DNA of 63,148 nt, counting the filler, from Octopus bimaculoides (Eukaryota), in assembly GCF_001194135.2 (NCBI RefSeq). It is 4 parts of 4 records of this genome, joined end to end, with 100 filler letters (N's around TTAATTAATTAA, not from the genome) between each part and the next. Parts side by side here need not be neighbours in the genome. Positions count along the whole stretch, not along the records: positions 40,025 to 61,744 come from NC_068984.1; 3 more parts are not named here. One strand, written 5' to 3'. The stretch's first letter is position 1, and each line of letters starts with the position of its first letter. The notes below the pieces were generated by a model that saw only the letters and a list, made by a program, of their open reading frames with translations, did not search any database and was not told the origin of the DNA. Below, in pieces: positions 40,056 to 52,364 of this stretch. The translations under genes were made by a program, and so were the position numbers.

Positions 40056-40584
40056 GTGTGCGTGAGCATGTATGCATCTCTTTGTCTCCGTTTGTCTCCC
40101 ACCACTGCTTGACAACCAATGCTGGATTGTTTACGTACCTGTAACCTACCGGTTCTGCCAAAGAGTCAGTAGAATATATGCATAATTTAAAGATAAGAAG
40201 ATCGTGAATGCGTTTCCTCAGCATGAGAGCATTCTAAAGACCGAATAAAGTAAATGATAAAAGATTATATGTACGCGAACGTGTTTATGTGTCTATGTGT
40301 GTATTAAGTAATGGGTAACTACTAGAAGGAAGATATGAACTCTGCGTTTCTTGGAGTTTGTAACATACTGTTCATAAACTTGATTCAAAGGGTAGGCCGC
40401 AGACGCATTGTAGCATTGCACAAATATTTGTCCCTATTAGCAATTAACCGTGTATTGTCTAATGCCAATGTTCGTATTTGCACTTATTGCTATTCTTATA
40501 CACAGGTTTAGAAACTGCCAACTAACCACAGTTAGTAAGCACTACTTCAATGGATGCATATCTATCTATCTATCTATCTATCTC

Positions 40585-40627
<43 letters not shown>

Positions 40628-41569
40628 CTCTATCTATCTNNNNNNNNNNNNNNNNNNNNNNNNNNNNNNNNNNNNNNNNNNNNNNNNNNNNNNNNNNNNN
40701 NNNNNNNNNNNNNNNNNNNNNNNNNNNNNNNNNNNNNNNNNNNNNNNNNNNNNNNNNNNNNNNNNNNNNNNNNNNNNNNNNNNNNNNNNNNNNNNNNNNN
40801 NNNNNNNNNNNNNNNNNNNNNNNNNNNNNNNNNNNNNNNNNNNNNNNNNNNNNNNNNNNNNNNNNNNNNNNNNNNNNNNNNNNNNNNNNNNNNNNNNNNN
40901 NNNNNNNNNNNNNNNNNNNNNNNNNNNNNNNNNNNNNNNNNNNNNNNNNNNNNNNNNNNNNNNNNNNNNNNNNNNNNNNNNNNNNNNNNNNNNNNNNNNN
41001 NNNNNNNNNNNNNNNNNNNNNNNNNNNNNNNNNNNNNNNNNNNNNNNNNNNNNNNNNNNNNNNNNNNNNNNNNNNNNNNNNNNNNNNNNNNNNNNNNNNN
41101 NNNNNNNNNNNNNNNNNNNNNNNNNNNNNNNNNNNNNNNNNNNNNNNNNNNNNNNNNNNNNNNNNNNNNNNNNNNNNNNNNNNNNNNNNNNNNNNNNNCA
41201 TACATACATATATATATATATATAAATATATACAAATATACACATATATACATACATATGTATACAAATATACATTATATACATACATACATACATATAT
41301 ATATATATGCATACATATATATATACATACATATACATATATATATACACATATACATATACACACACATATATATTCATATAAATACATGCATACATAT
41401 ATTTACACACACACACACATATATATATATTTATGTGTGTGTGTGTGTGCGTGTGTGTGTGTATAAATATAAGGGATGGTATTATTAATATATTATGACA
41501 GTGGCAAGCGAATTATCTCCCGTTGATGCAAATTAATAAAATATATACCTACAATATACGATATGTACT

Positions 41570-41653
<84 letters not shown>

Positions 41654-41989
41654 TATATATATGTATATATTGATATAGATATATATACACAAGGGCAATA
41701 TATGAGCAACTACATCGCTAAAAATAGAAATCAAAATACTTCTGTGTCTCAAAATAATCACAAATCTACGACAGGCTTGGTAGAATAAAATTGACCAAGT
41801 TGACCAATATTACCTGTGCTGACCTAGCAGAGGTAACAGGTTTTGAATATTTTCTGGAAGTTTTTCCTAGCATGCGTGTAGTAGATTTCTGTGGCACAGA
41901 ACTAGTTTTGATTTCTATTTTTAACGGTGTAAATGCTCATGTAGTGCCCTCGTACCCCTCTGTCCGGCATTCGCCATGATAGATCACTA

Positions 41990-42170
41990 GCCACTACACC
42001 ATTATTTTCTCTCCTTGTTTCTTGCTGTTATTTTTTTCTGTGGAAGTGCGTCGGCTCGAAACGTTAAAGACTTTTTCACTTCCCGAGCGTTAAACTAATA
42101 CATCTGTTTGTTGTCTACACCCCCTGTCTTCGTCTTTTGTTTTTTTTGTGAATTCTCTCCGTATATATAT
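41990..42170 (+). mobile_element. PLE-like terminal repeat (family H) containing a variant hammerhead motif at 42033-42070; inverted, internally deleted copy at about 43005-43160
   Basis: ttttt-CTGTGGA-A-GTGC-gtcg-GCTC-GAAA-CGT-T-AAAGA. The 43-kb copy, reverse-complemented, reads ttCTGTTGAAGA..ACGTAACAGA and shares gtcttcgtcttttg with this copy. Confidence 0.6.
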
Positions 42171-42234
<64 letters not shown>

Positions 42235-42851
42235 AGTACATATCTTATATTGTATGTATTTATTATATATATATCTCAATCTTCAAAATTTTATGATAAA
42301 CGTTTTGAATATGGAAATAAAGCTACTGTTTCATTATGCAGGCCACCATCTACCGATGTTGACTAATGAGCCAGTTTTTCGAGCTTTCATCAAATTATAC
42401 CGAACAATAATCCTTGAATGGAATTTATAGACACTTAATGCATCTCTACGAGCCTTTCCACATATCACATGACTCTTAAGATCACAGTTCGTATTCCTGG
42501 GATGATTACAGTGACGTCCGTAGTATCCGTGGGCATCCGGTTGATCATCATCATTAATTCCTTTCTTCAGATGATAAAACAGTAGTTGATGTACAACAGA
42601 GGGATGCTTATCCCTTTTTATATGTATGAAGGTCAAGCGAGTTTTGTAGGTATTTATGTGTTATCATTGTTATTATACATATATAAATACGTGTGTGTGT
42701 AAATATATATATGTGTGTATGTATGGAAAAAATATGGGGAAATTTGTTATTGAAAATGCACCTAAATTTGTAATTGTCTAAAATAAATTCATTTACATAT
42801 ATGTCAAACTAGTTTCTGCAATATTTTTTGATTATCAATGGTAAAAATTTA

Positions 42852-42960
42852 AAATTATGAATTAGAAAAAACATCTTTAAAAGTTTCAATTTGTCTGATA
42901 TGAAGATTTTAATTTGTCAACATTGAAACTTTTAAAGATGTTTTTCTAATTCATAATTTT
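42852..42960. repeat. Perfect 39-bp inverted repeat with a 31-nt spacer, abutting a 10-N gap
   Basis: aaattatgaattagaaaaaacatctttaaaagtttcaat (42852-42890) and its exact reverse complement (42922-42960). Confidence 0.9.
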
Positions 42961-42973
42961 AAANNNNNNNNNN

Positions 42974-43008
<35 letters not shown>

Positions 43009-44065
43009 AAAGAGAGAGTGTGATTGAGAGAGCAAATTTACAGAAAGCAAAAGACGAAGATAGCTGTAGGAACAAGCAGATACTAGCTTAATGCATGGGG
43101 AGAATGGAAAAGTCTGTTACGTTCTTCAACAGAAAAAAATTAAGAGGAAAAAAGGAGAGACTGAAAAATATACGGAAAGATAAAAAAAAATTATAGGGAC
43201 GTATATTTTTTACTCTTTTACACATTTCAGTCATTTGACTGCAGCTTTTTGGAGCACAGCTTTGAAGGTTTTTAGCCGAAGAAATTACCTTCAGTTAAAT
43301 ATACACAGTTAAATATACACAGTCACACATATAATGAAAAATCCTTTGAATTTTGTGTAATTACTCTGAAAAACTACTGGGCACACTTGGGTGTGTGCAT
43401 AGCACACATAATGCATAAATGTCCATGCACTTTGCGCATGAACATTTGTATGTGTAAAAGCTGTATCTTCATGTGTATCCCATTTTATAATGAAATGCCA
43501 CAACTATGACACGAAAGATCTTACATTGCACAATATTAACATAAAGATGAGATCGAGGTCTAAAAATGTATGAGGACAATTTACAAATTTGTTAACAGCT
43601 ACATGTAAAATAGTAATGTTTTCAACATTTGTCACGAAAATTCATTTGTCATGACCAAGGAAAAAAATGTTATCGTTTACCATCCTAGGGATATTAGTAA
43701 TAAATATATAGCAAAGAGAGCCAAAATAATTAGCTGTCTCCATTCGCTTAAGGAGATCAGTTTATAACTGTATCTAGTTATATAGCACCCTGGCTAGAAT
43801 GACAATTACAAAATACATAAATCATTTACAAGGTAAACATTGACTAGATCCAGGCGCTTTCTCCTTACAATGTGAATAATTTCGTATTGCAACTTATATC
43901 TGTTTCCTGCGTGGTGTATATGATAGAAGAATTGTGTGGTGAGTTTATTGATATTATTTTGCTAACGTGACAGACCCGCAAACCGTATTCTATTCAACTT
44001 TATATCAATTTGTATTTAAAAGACGAAGATCCAACTTTATAAGAGTAACATATGCATTACATATA

Positions 44066-44284
44066 CGAGGGTGTGCTGAAAAGTTGCAGGTTTTAAGGGT
44101 ATCGCGAAAGGCCAAGTTGGATGCACAAACTTCCGAGTTCTTATACAGGGCTTAGAAATACTGAAGGACCGCTGCAATAGATGGATGAATCTGAAAGGGC
44201 TATATGTTGAATACAATCATAATTATCTGATCCTCCTGTATTTTCTTCTATCCAAAGTCAGGAAATTTTCTCTAACCCTTCTTA
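44066..44284 (+). mobile_element. Mariner-derived MITE
   Basis: TA|cgagggtgtgctgaaaagtt left end and a degenerate inverted right end aaagtcaggaaattttctctaaccct. The internal GLEILKDRCNRWMNLKGLYVE* resembles a mariner transposase C-terminus. Confidence 0.7.
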
Positions 44285-45009
44285 TAGGTATTTTCGTTTC
44301 GCCTTGCCGCCAACTTCGTGGCATGGTTTTCAATATCCAGTAAATATAGCATGCATATTTACACAATATTTTTTTCTCAGTTACAAAATGTCACATGTCT
44401 ATTTCTAAAACTACATGGTTGGTTTAGTGCAGTATGTTTGTGACATGATTGAGCTGGAGACAACATTTCACTCATCATGTACAGCAATTAATACATGGAT
44501 CTGATGTTGCTGTTACGCTGTCCTGCAGCCTGCCACCAAATTAGCTGTAACATCCTGCCAGCATCCTGTTTATAGATCTAAAAGTAGAGAAGATGGGTAG
44601 AGACGCTTGGATAAACTAACTACCATCTAGCATAATATATAATAAGGAATTAAGTCAATCCATTTCAAAACATTTTTAAATGCATAAACTGAAAAAGGTA
44701 TTGAGTAAGAAGATGTATGTCATGGAACATATTACGCAAAGGCTGATACGTACGTATTTAATACTTCGGTCGCGAAGAAATATTTTTGGAGCTATTACAT
44801 GATACTTTTACTTGCATAAATGTTATTCTTACGCTGGTGATAAAAACCTCCTCATGCAAAATACAAGTCAGTACTTTTGAGAGGTCGACAGTATGTGCCA
44901 CAATTCCAATATTTTCAACCTCTTTAATAGAAATTTTGGTGTTTCGCCGTTATCACTAATTACCACATAAACAATTTTTACCTTGAGCTTTACAATCTCA
45001 TTATATCTC

Positions 45010-45480
45010 TGTATAGATATTGATCGTTCTTAATGTTCTCTTTAATACCCATTCAAATATCATGTTGCGCTGCAGAGTTTATCAACTGAAGCTGTTTATA
45101 TTTTCTTGTACGATCACATCTGCTCTTACTTCAACTCTGCCGCGATTTACCGTTGCTGTATCTGGCTCGTGTTCATACCACTCTTCACAAACATTTCAGC
45201 ATCCCAATATACTTGTTTACAACTACAGCCATGTAACGTCTATACTACTTTTTTTCGTTAGCTCGCTACTTTTACTTGCCAGATTGTTTAAAATTTTGCC
45301 ACATCTTTCAGAAGTTCTGTTTTTTTTTCTCTAACTAAGGATTTGTATCCATTGTTCTCTGGAACAATTTCGTTCTGGAGTGTAGTTTCTGGTTGAATAA
45401 AACGTGAATCAATTTCAGGCTCAGGTTCTCCCATTTCTCGTCACAAGCAACGTTCTTCACTGCTGTTATACTCGGTTTGT
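45010..45480 (-). pseudogene. Possible heavily decayed R4/Dong-like LINE 3' region
   Basis: Minus-strand pieces PEIDS, QVYWD, EEWYEHEPDTATVN and VRADVIVQEN resemble LKPETES, VHW, WYEH.P and RPDIV in the expected order. Many frameshifts. Confidence 0.45.
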
Positions 45481-46817
45481 TGCATTAAATGGCCACATTT
45501 TGCCCTGTCGTTTTTTTCCCCAACTTTTGAACTATGGAGCGAAACAGGGTGGGCATGCTAGTTAAGCAATTACAGCTGCAAGGATTAGGAGGTGGTATCA
45601 AAGTGAAAACAGAAATTTTATGGAATGTTACCACGGGAGTAGTTGAATAGTTATGTGAATGAATATACAGCACGTGTTAAGTGATAATTGTTTCTACGTA
45701 CACTAGTTTCCATCGCACTAAATGGAATCTTGACAAGAGTGTTTTACAATTGGCGGGTCGACACAGTGTTTCTTTTTTTTTTTTGTATACGGAGAATACC
45801 GAGTTGCCAAATTCAACTTTCTAATATTGTCAAACGGATTCTGGTCGAAGAAAACCACATAATTTACATGTGACTCTAAAATGTTCGCTGTACAAATAGT
45901 TCAGTTGATTGAACAACTATTTACTCATCTTCCCAAACTATGAAGTTCCATTTATTTCGAACATTAAATCGACCAGAGAAATACTTTTCATGTATGGCAA
46001 GCGGGGCATAGATTGTCTGTTTTCAAGAACCATTATCAATAATTAACGCACTGTACTATAATACTATAATACTTGAAACTCCATTTATAATGCAACCGCA
46101 CATTTAGTTATATTTTCGCACCTGTTAATGACACAGTGTCTGACAATCACTTCTATAACAATTGATGACCCAACAATTATATGTTAGACCTACTTGCACA
46201 GCATTCTGAAGAGAAAATATCTGAAAATTGATGTATGCTTGCTACACATATTTTCTACGACAATTGGTTAGTTCAAATACAGTTAGTCTAGTGACAATAG
46301 ATTCATTACATTTGCATGTCCATACTGAATTATCATGCGATTTTCATTAATTGAATGAAAATGTCGAGAATCGTCGATAGACCTTTGATAACATTATTTG
46401 CTTTTAGGGTCATAGTTATATTATTGTTCCATATCTTCACACATATCCACATGTATTCTTGTTAACCCTAAGTCCCAAATTAAACTTGCATTATCTTATC
46501 AATGTAATTTTTGCGTATTTGGAAATTTTATGCCAATTTGTACTTCATTTACAAACGCAGTAAGTGGTACGAGAGAGATTTGGCTGCTATTTCCACCAAA
46601 TAAAAAACGTCATTGTTAGCCAATTTGACGCAGCTGGTGACTGGGTATTCCACTCAGAACAAAAACACACATTTGTAACGAGTTGGAAGAACTACTCTGG
46701 ACGTATTGTATCCAATTGATTTTACTCGGAGTATAGAAGAGCAAATACTTTCTCAAAACGATGTGATAGCCAACTTGCAGGAGACATAGGTAAATATATG
46801 CATTTTGTCAAAGAAAA

Positions 46818-47455
46818 TCATCATCTGGTTGAGCTTCCCCGGACATCTATCTATACACGCAATCCATCTCGGTCCCACATTAATTGACAGAAGTCTTCTG
46901 GGAGGTATCTAGCGTCTCTAGTGAGGTGGTCTACATAGGTTGTGTTCGACGACTTGCTCGAGTTCGGCCATGATTTGGCATCCGTACCAATAGATCACTT
47001 GCCAGGTCTTTCTTAGCATGGCAGCAATGTTCTGCATAGGGCAAATGCTTTTCCCTTATAATGTTGAAGGCAGGGAGGATTTCTCTTTACAGCTGTTTCT
47101 TGGATGATGAGCTCCACAAGAAATAATTATGACTGCTCTTAACATTCAAGTGTAAGATCCATCTAGCTTAGATTCCAAATTTGTGGCTGTTGCTCTATTT
47201 AAAATGACATAATCTTCCGTTGCACGGAAACAATACTCTTAAGATCTTCTGACGGGATAGATTTACAGACAACATCCAGTTTGTTTAGGGCCAGCCATGC
47301 TTTTGCTATCGGAATCCTTACATTCTTTTTAGTTGAGGCCTTCTCGGACCCGAGCTACTCGAAATGATTAACTTCATTGACAGGGTGATGATTGACAGGG
47401 TGATGAATAAACAGATGTATGTTATGAAGGCTTAGTCTTCAAAAAGATTTTAACA
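46818..47455 (-). pseudogene. RTE-clade LINE 3' end (RT thumb and C-terminus) with (GAT)n-like tail
   Basis: Pieces EVNHFE*LGS, IAKAWLALNKLDVV, FRATE, LESKLDGSYT*MLRA, IREKHLPYAEHC, DLLVRMPNHGRTR, TYVDHLTRD and LMWDRDG follow RTE motifs in order. The tail is ccagatgatgatt. Confidence 0.85.
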
Positions 47456-47601
47456 TCCCGATATTCAATCGCTTCACTCTCTTTTCATTACTTTCTTTCT
47501 ACATGCTCACACACTCACACACACACATAGACACACTCACACACACACACACATACACAAACACACGTATACAAACTCACAAGGAGACATATACATATGC
47601 A

Positions 47602-47660
<59 letters not shown>

Positions 47661-48771
47661 GTGTGAATTTATATAAAACATACAAAGTGTCACTCCGAGA
47701 GACAGAACTTTAATCTAAAGCATTTCAGAGTATCTTTATTTGACTTAGAAAACAATTTAGCGAAACTTGGGTATATAGTTTCACGACTTGCATTCCTGTT
47801 CAAAATATATCATCTTTGAATTGGCTTCTTTACATCACTTCTCTAACACACAGACAATATGAATTTACAATTTGTTAATTCCCGAATAATCTGCATTATG
47901 TAATGTTCTAGTAATTTTCACATTTCCTGCCTTTGCAATGTCTGTACTCTTTTGTCTAACTGACTACATTTATTCCTTTCTGTTTTTTTCTTCTTTTGTT
48001 CTTGTGCACTTGTGTGTGTGAATTTATATGTATTTCCTATGCACCCCACCAAACACACACAGACACACAAACACACACACATTTATACATACATATAGGA
48101 AGTTGATTGTTATGGCCGGTTAGAGCGTTAGCATTCGTTTCGCACCTATAAAGTGCTTAGCTCTATAGGATACTCGGCTTTCACTCCTTTTATAGGAGTG
48201 AAAGACTTTTTGTCACTCAGTGACTGGGCATAGCAATCGATTTCCCCCCAAAATATATCCCTGCTCCTATGTTTTAGAGTGTGTTTCCTTTTCTAATGTA
48301 TGAACTTCTGACTCAGTAGCAAATGTCCATCACCAAAACAGCTAGTTCACCTGTCAGATTTATAAAATCTCAGTGGCTATCCAGGCACATGTGTGGCACA
48401 TCAGCAGGGGGCTTATTAAAAAATGATTAATAGTGACAGAAGCAGTATTAATGTCAAAAGGCAATCTTGCTCTCATACTTAGCGTGGATGCTAGTAAGTA
48501 AAATACTAATTATTTGAGAGAATTTCTCATAAGGATTTGTGGTGCATAAAACACACCAGAAAACCTTCTTTCAAATGCTTTTATGCACCACAGGTCCTTA
48601 TGAGAGCATTTTTCAAGGTTAAGAACGCAGTATTCAGGTACGCACATACACACAGAAACTCATACAAATATTACACGACTGACATAAATCAAATAGAATT
48701 TGACAGCGCAAGCAAATCAATATGTCACAGCTGACTTATGGAATTTATTGTCGAAAGATATTTGTCCGGGA

Positions 48772-48991
48772 TACTCTTTTACTCTTTTACTTGTTTCAGT
48801 CATTTGACTGCGGCCATGCTGGGGCACCGCCTTTAGTCGAGCAAATCGACCCCAGGACTTATTTTTTGTAGGCCTAGTACTTATTCTATCGGTCTCTTAT
48901 GCCGAACCGCTAAGTGACGGGGACGTAAACACACCAGCATCGGTTGTCAAACGATGTTGGGGGGGGGGCAAACACAGACACACAAACATAT

Positions 48992-49022
<31 letters not shown>

Positions 49023-49188
49023 CATATATACGACGGGCTTCTTTCAGTTTCCGTCTACCAAATCCACTCACAAGGCTTTGGTCGGCCCGAGGCTATAGTA
49101 GAAGACACTTGCCCAAGGTGCCACGCAGTGGGACTGAACCTGGAACCATGTGGTTGGTAAGCAAGCTACTTACCACACAGCCACTCCT
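48772..49188 (-). mobile_element. SINE family B, complete and gap-free copy
   Basis: Full head-to-tail match with the other family B copies. Confidence 0.93.
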
Positions 49189-49610
49189 TTTCTTCAATCA
49201 GAATATAAGATATACGGAAAACGGCATTACATTATTGTTGAAAATGTAACTGCGAGGGTTCGGAAGTGTGAAACAAGAATTTCTTATAATGTTTATATAT
49301 ATGACATATATGAAGTTTTTTTCCTTACAGTTTTCTGTCATGGAAATTCGTACACAAGAAATACTGAATGAATGACCGGGCGCTGCGTTGTTTTCTTGAG
49401 CAAAGCACTTCATTTCACATTGCTCTGCGATGATTTCGATATCTGACATGTGGCATCAGTTGCACCTATACAGATAATGTCGATCTCATGGAGGGAGTGA
49501 GCTTATGTGTATACAAACATTTGATCACTATGAAACAAATCATCTATGTGGATGTCGAATCCTCATACGTTGTCTAACGACCGGAGAGTCCATTATATAT
49601 ATATATATAT

Positions 49611-49643
<33 letters not shown>

Positions 49644-49644
49644 G

Positions 49645-49682
<38 letters not shown>

Positions 49683-50958
49683 NNNNNNNNNNNNNNNNNN
49701 NNNNNNNNNNNNNNNNNNNNNNNNNNNNNNNNNNNNNNNNNNNNNNNNNNNNNNNNNNNNNNNNNNNNNNNNNNNNNNNNNNNNNNNNNNNNNNNNNNNN
49801 NNNNNNNNNNNNNNNNNNNNNNNNNNNNNNNNNNNNNNNNNNNNNNNNNNNNNNNNNNNNNNNNNNNNNNNNNNNNNNNNNNNNNNNNNNNNNNNNNNNN
49901 NNNNNNNNNNNNNNNNNNNNNNNNNNNNNNNNNNNNNNNNNNNNNNNNNNNNNNNNNNNNNNNNNNNNNNNNNNNNNNNNNNNNNNNNNNNNNNNNNNNN
50001 NNNNNNNNNNNNNNNNNNNNNNNNNNNNNNNNNNNNNNNNNNNNNNNNNNNNNNNNNNNNNNNNNNNNNNNNNNNNNNNNNNNNNNNNNNNNNNNNNNNN
50101 NNNNNNNNNNNNNNNNNNNNNNNNNNNNNNNNNNNNNNNNNNNNNNNNNNNNNNNNNNNNNNNNNNNNNNNNNNNNNNNNNNNNNNNNNNNNNNNNNNNN
50201 NNNNNNNNNNNNNNNNNNNNNNNNNNNNNNNNNNNNNNNNNNNNNNNNNNNNNNNNNNNNNNNNNNNNNNNNNNNNNNNNNNNNNNNNNNNNNNNNNNNN
50301 NNNNNNNNNNNNNNNNNNNNNNNNNNNNNNNNNNNNNNNNNNNNNNNNNNNNNNNNNNNNNNNNNNNNNNNNNNNNNNNNNNNNNNNNNNNNNNNNNNNN
50401 NNNNNNNNNNNNNNNNNNNNNNNNNNNNNNNNNNNNNNNNNNNNNNNNNNNNNNNNNNNNNNNNNNNNNNNNNNNNNNNNNNNNNNNNNNNNNNNNNNNN
50501 NNNNNNNNNNNNNNNNNNNNNNNNNNNNNNNNNNNNNNNNNNNNNNNNNNNNNNNNNNNNNNNNNNNNNNNNNNNNNNNNNNNNNNNNNNNNNNNNNNNN
50601 NNNNNNNNNNNNNNNNNNAAAGTGTGAGTACGTGTATCTATATGATTCTTTATGTATGTATCTGTCCCTGTGATACATGCTCCAACAAAGAACTACAGTT
50701 ATTTTAAAGAATACTTATATTTACTATGGCCCATTTGATCAACATTTCCCTACAAAACTTGCACCAGCATGACTGCTGTTCAATGAAGAAAACAAAGAAA
50801 AGTGAGAGGAAATACTTGTATGTGTGCTTTACCAATTCATCAGTGTTCGTTGTGTAGAAAAGAAATGAAAGAGATGGAAGATCGAATATACGAAACTTTA
50901 TTGTTCACAACGATCGTTTCGACCTATCATGCATACACACACAGACGCACACTTGCCT

Positions 50959-51210
50959 ACGGGCATATGGTTTAGTGCTTAAGAGCGCAGGCTACTAACA
51001 CCTATATTCCGAGTTCCATTCCAAGTAGTGACCTGAATAATAATAATGATAATAATAACATCGAAAAATACCATAGGAATGAGAACGCAGGTTTGAAATT
51101 TCCCCAAGACGCCTGATGAAGACTGGAGGGTATATCAGCCGAAACGTTGTGTTAACAACAAACAAGACGAGGACAAATATCCGTCAAATGTAAATAATGT
51201 GAATAATGTA
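50959..51210 (+). mobile_element. Family D element, copy 2 (contiguous tRNA-like head, (AAT)n, hammerhead tail)
   Basis: acgggcatatggtttagtgcttaag...gagttccattcc...gacctgaataataataatgataataataacatcgaaaaatacc...cctgatgaagactgg...gaaacgttgtgtt...aatgtaaataatgtgaataatgta. Confidence 0.88.
51108..51153 (+). ncRNA. Minimal type I hammerhead ribozyme motif with intact core; predicted cleavage after 51148
   Basis: GACGC-CTGATGA-A-GACTG-gagggtatat-CAGCC-GAAA-CGT-T-GTGTT. All core nucleotides are present; stem II has one A.C mismatch; stem III is the palindrome ACGT. Confidence 0.78.
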
Positions 51211-52279
51211 TATACACATAGTGTTCCATAAAAGACACCGAATTTGAAAGGTGAATAATTAAAACGTATTCTTATAAACATGGTTATTTTTTGCGTATTT
51301 CTAATGAGTTATGTATCCTGTTTAGGTATGGAACGCAATGTCGGTCATATGTCCACCTGTACTGAGTCTGCGTACACTTATCTGCTCCTCGAAATTTCAG
51401 ATAATTCTCTCACAGATGTGTGGGCCGATGCCTCCAATGACACGCCTGATTTCAATCTTGAGTTCGGGAATTGTACGCGGTTTCTTGACGAATACCTTTG
51501 ATTTCACATTCCCCATAAGACACAATCACGAGGAGTAAGATCGCAAAATCTTAGTGGCCATTGNNNNNNNNNNATATATATATATATATATATAGATAGA
51601 TAAAGTGTGAGTACGTGTATCTATATGATTCTTTATGTATGTATCTGTCCCTTTGATACATGTTCCAACAAAGAACTACAGTTATTTAAGGAATACTTAT
51701 ATTTACTATGGCCCATTTGATCAACATTTCCCTACAAAACTTGCACCAGCATGACTGCTGTTCAATGAAGAAAACAAAGAAAAGTGAGAGGAAATACTTG
51801 TATGTGTGCTTCCGTGTGTGAGTGCGCATGCGTGTTTATATCAATTGTTGTCTTATCTATTTGATTGTAGAGGCACCCAATACCCATATGCGCTTCATGA
51901 TACTCACATGTACACATACGCACACATGTATTAGTTCGTTTTATAGTATTATGTAAAAAAAAAAAACACTATATTTTCTTCAGTGGATTGGCGTGATATA
52001 TGATTCAGTATTCTCAGTTAATCTAACGTGCTTTATCAATATCCCACTGACATCTTAAGTACAATCACTTCTTACTATCCTAGTTGGATCTTAATAGCAT
52101 TAAAAAAAAATAATAGAAAGAAGAATTGGCATAAAGTCTTGTATAGATAACTTTCCAAAAGGAGATTTGTCACAATATATTAAATCCAATAATACTGTCC
52201 TTTTAAAAAGAAACCATACTTATAGAAAGACGTAGGCACAGACATAAATACACACGCGAATATACATATATGCATGCTT

Positions 52280-52364
<85 letters not shown>

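Noticed and set aside
50825-50925. Combining minus-strand GAAAC (50.92 kb) with CTGATGA (50.84 kb) into one ribozyme
   Set aside because: Stems I and II cannot form in that arrangement.
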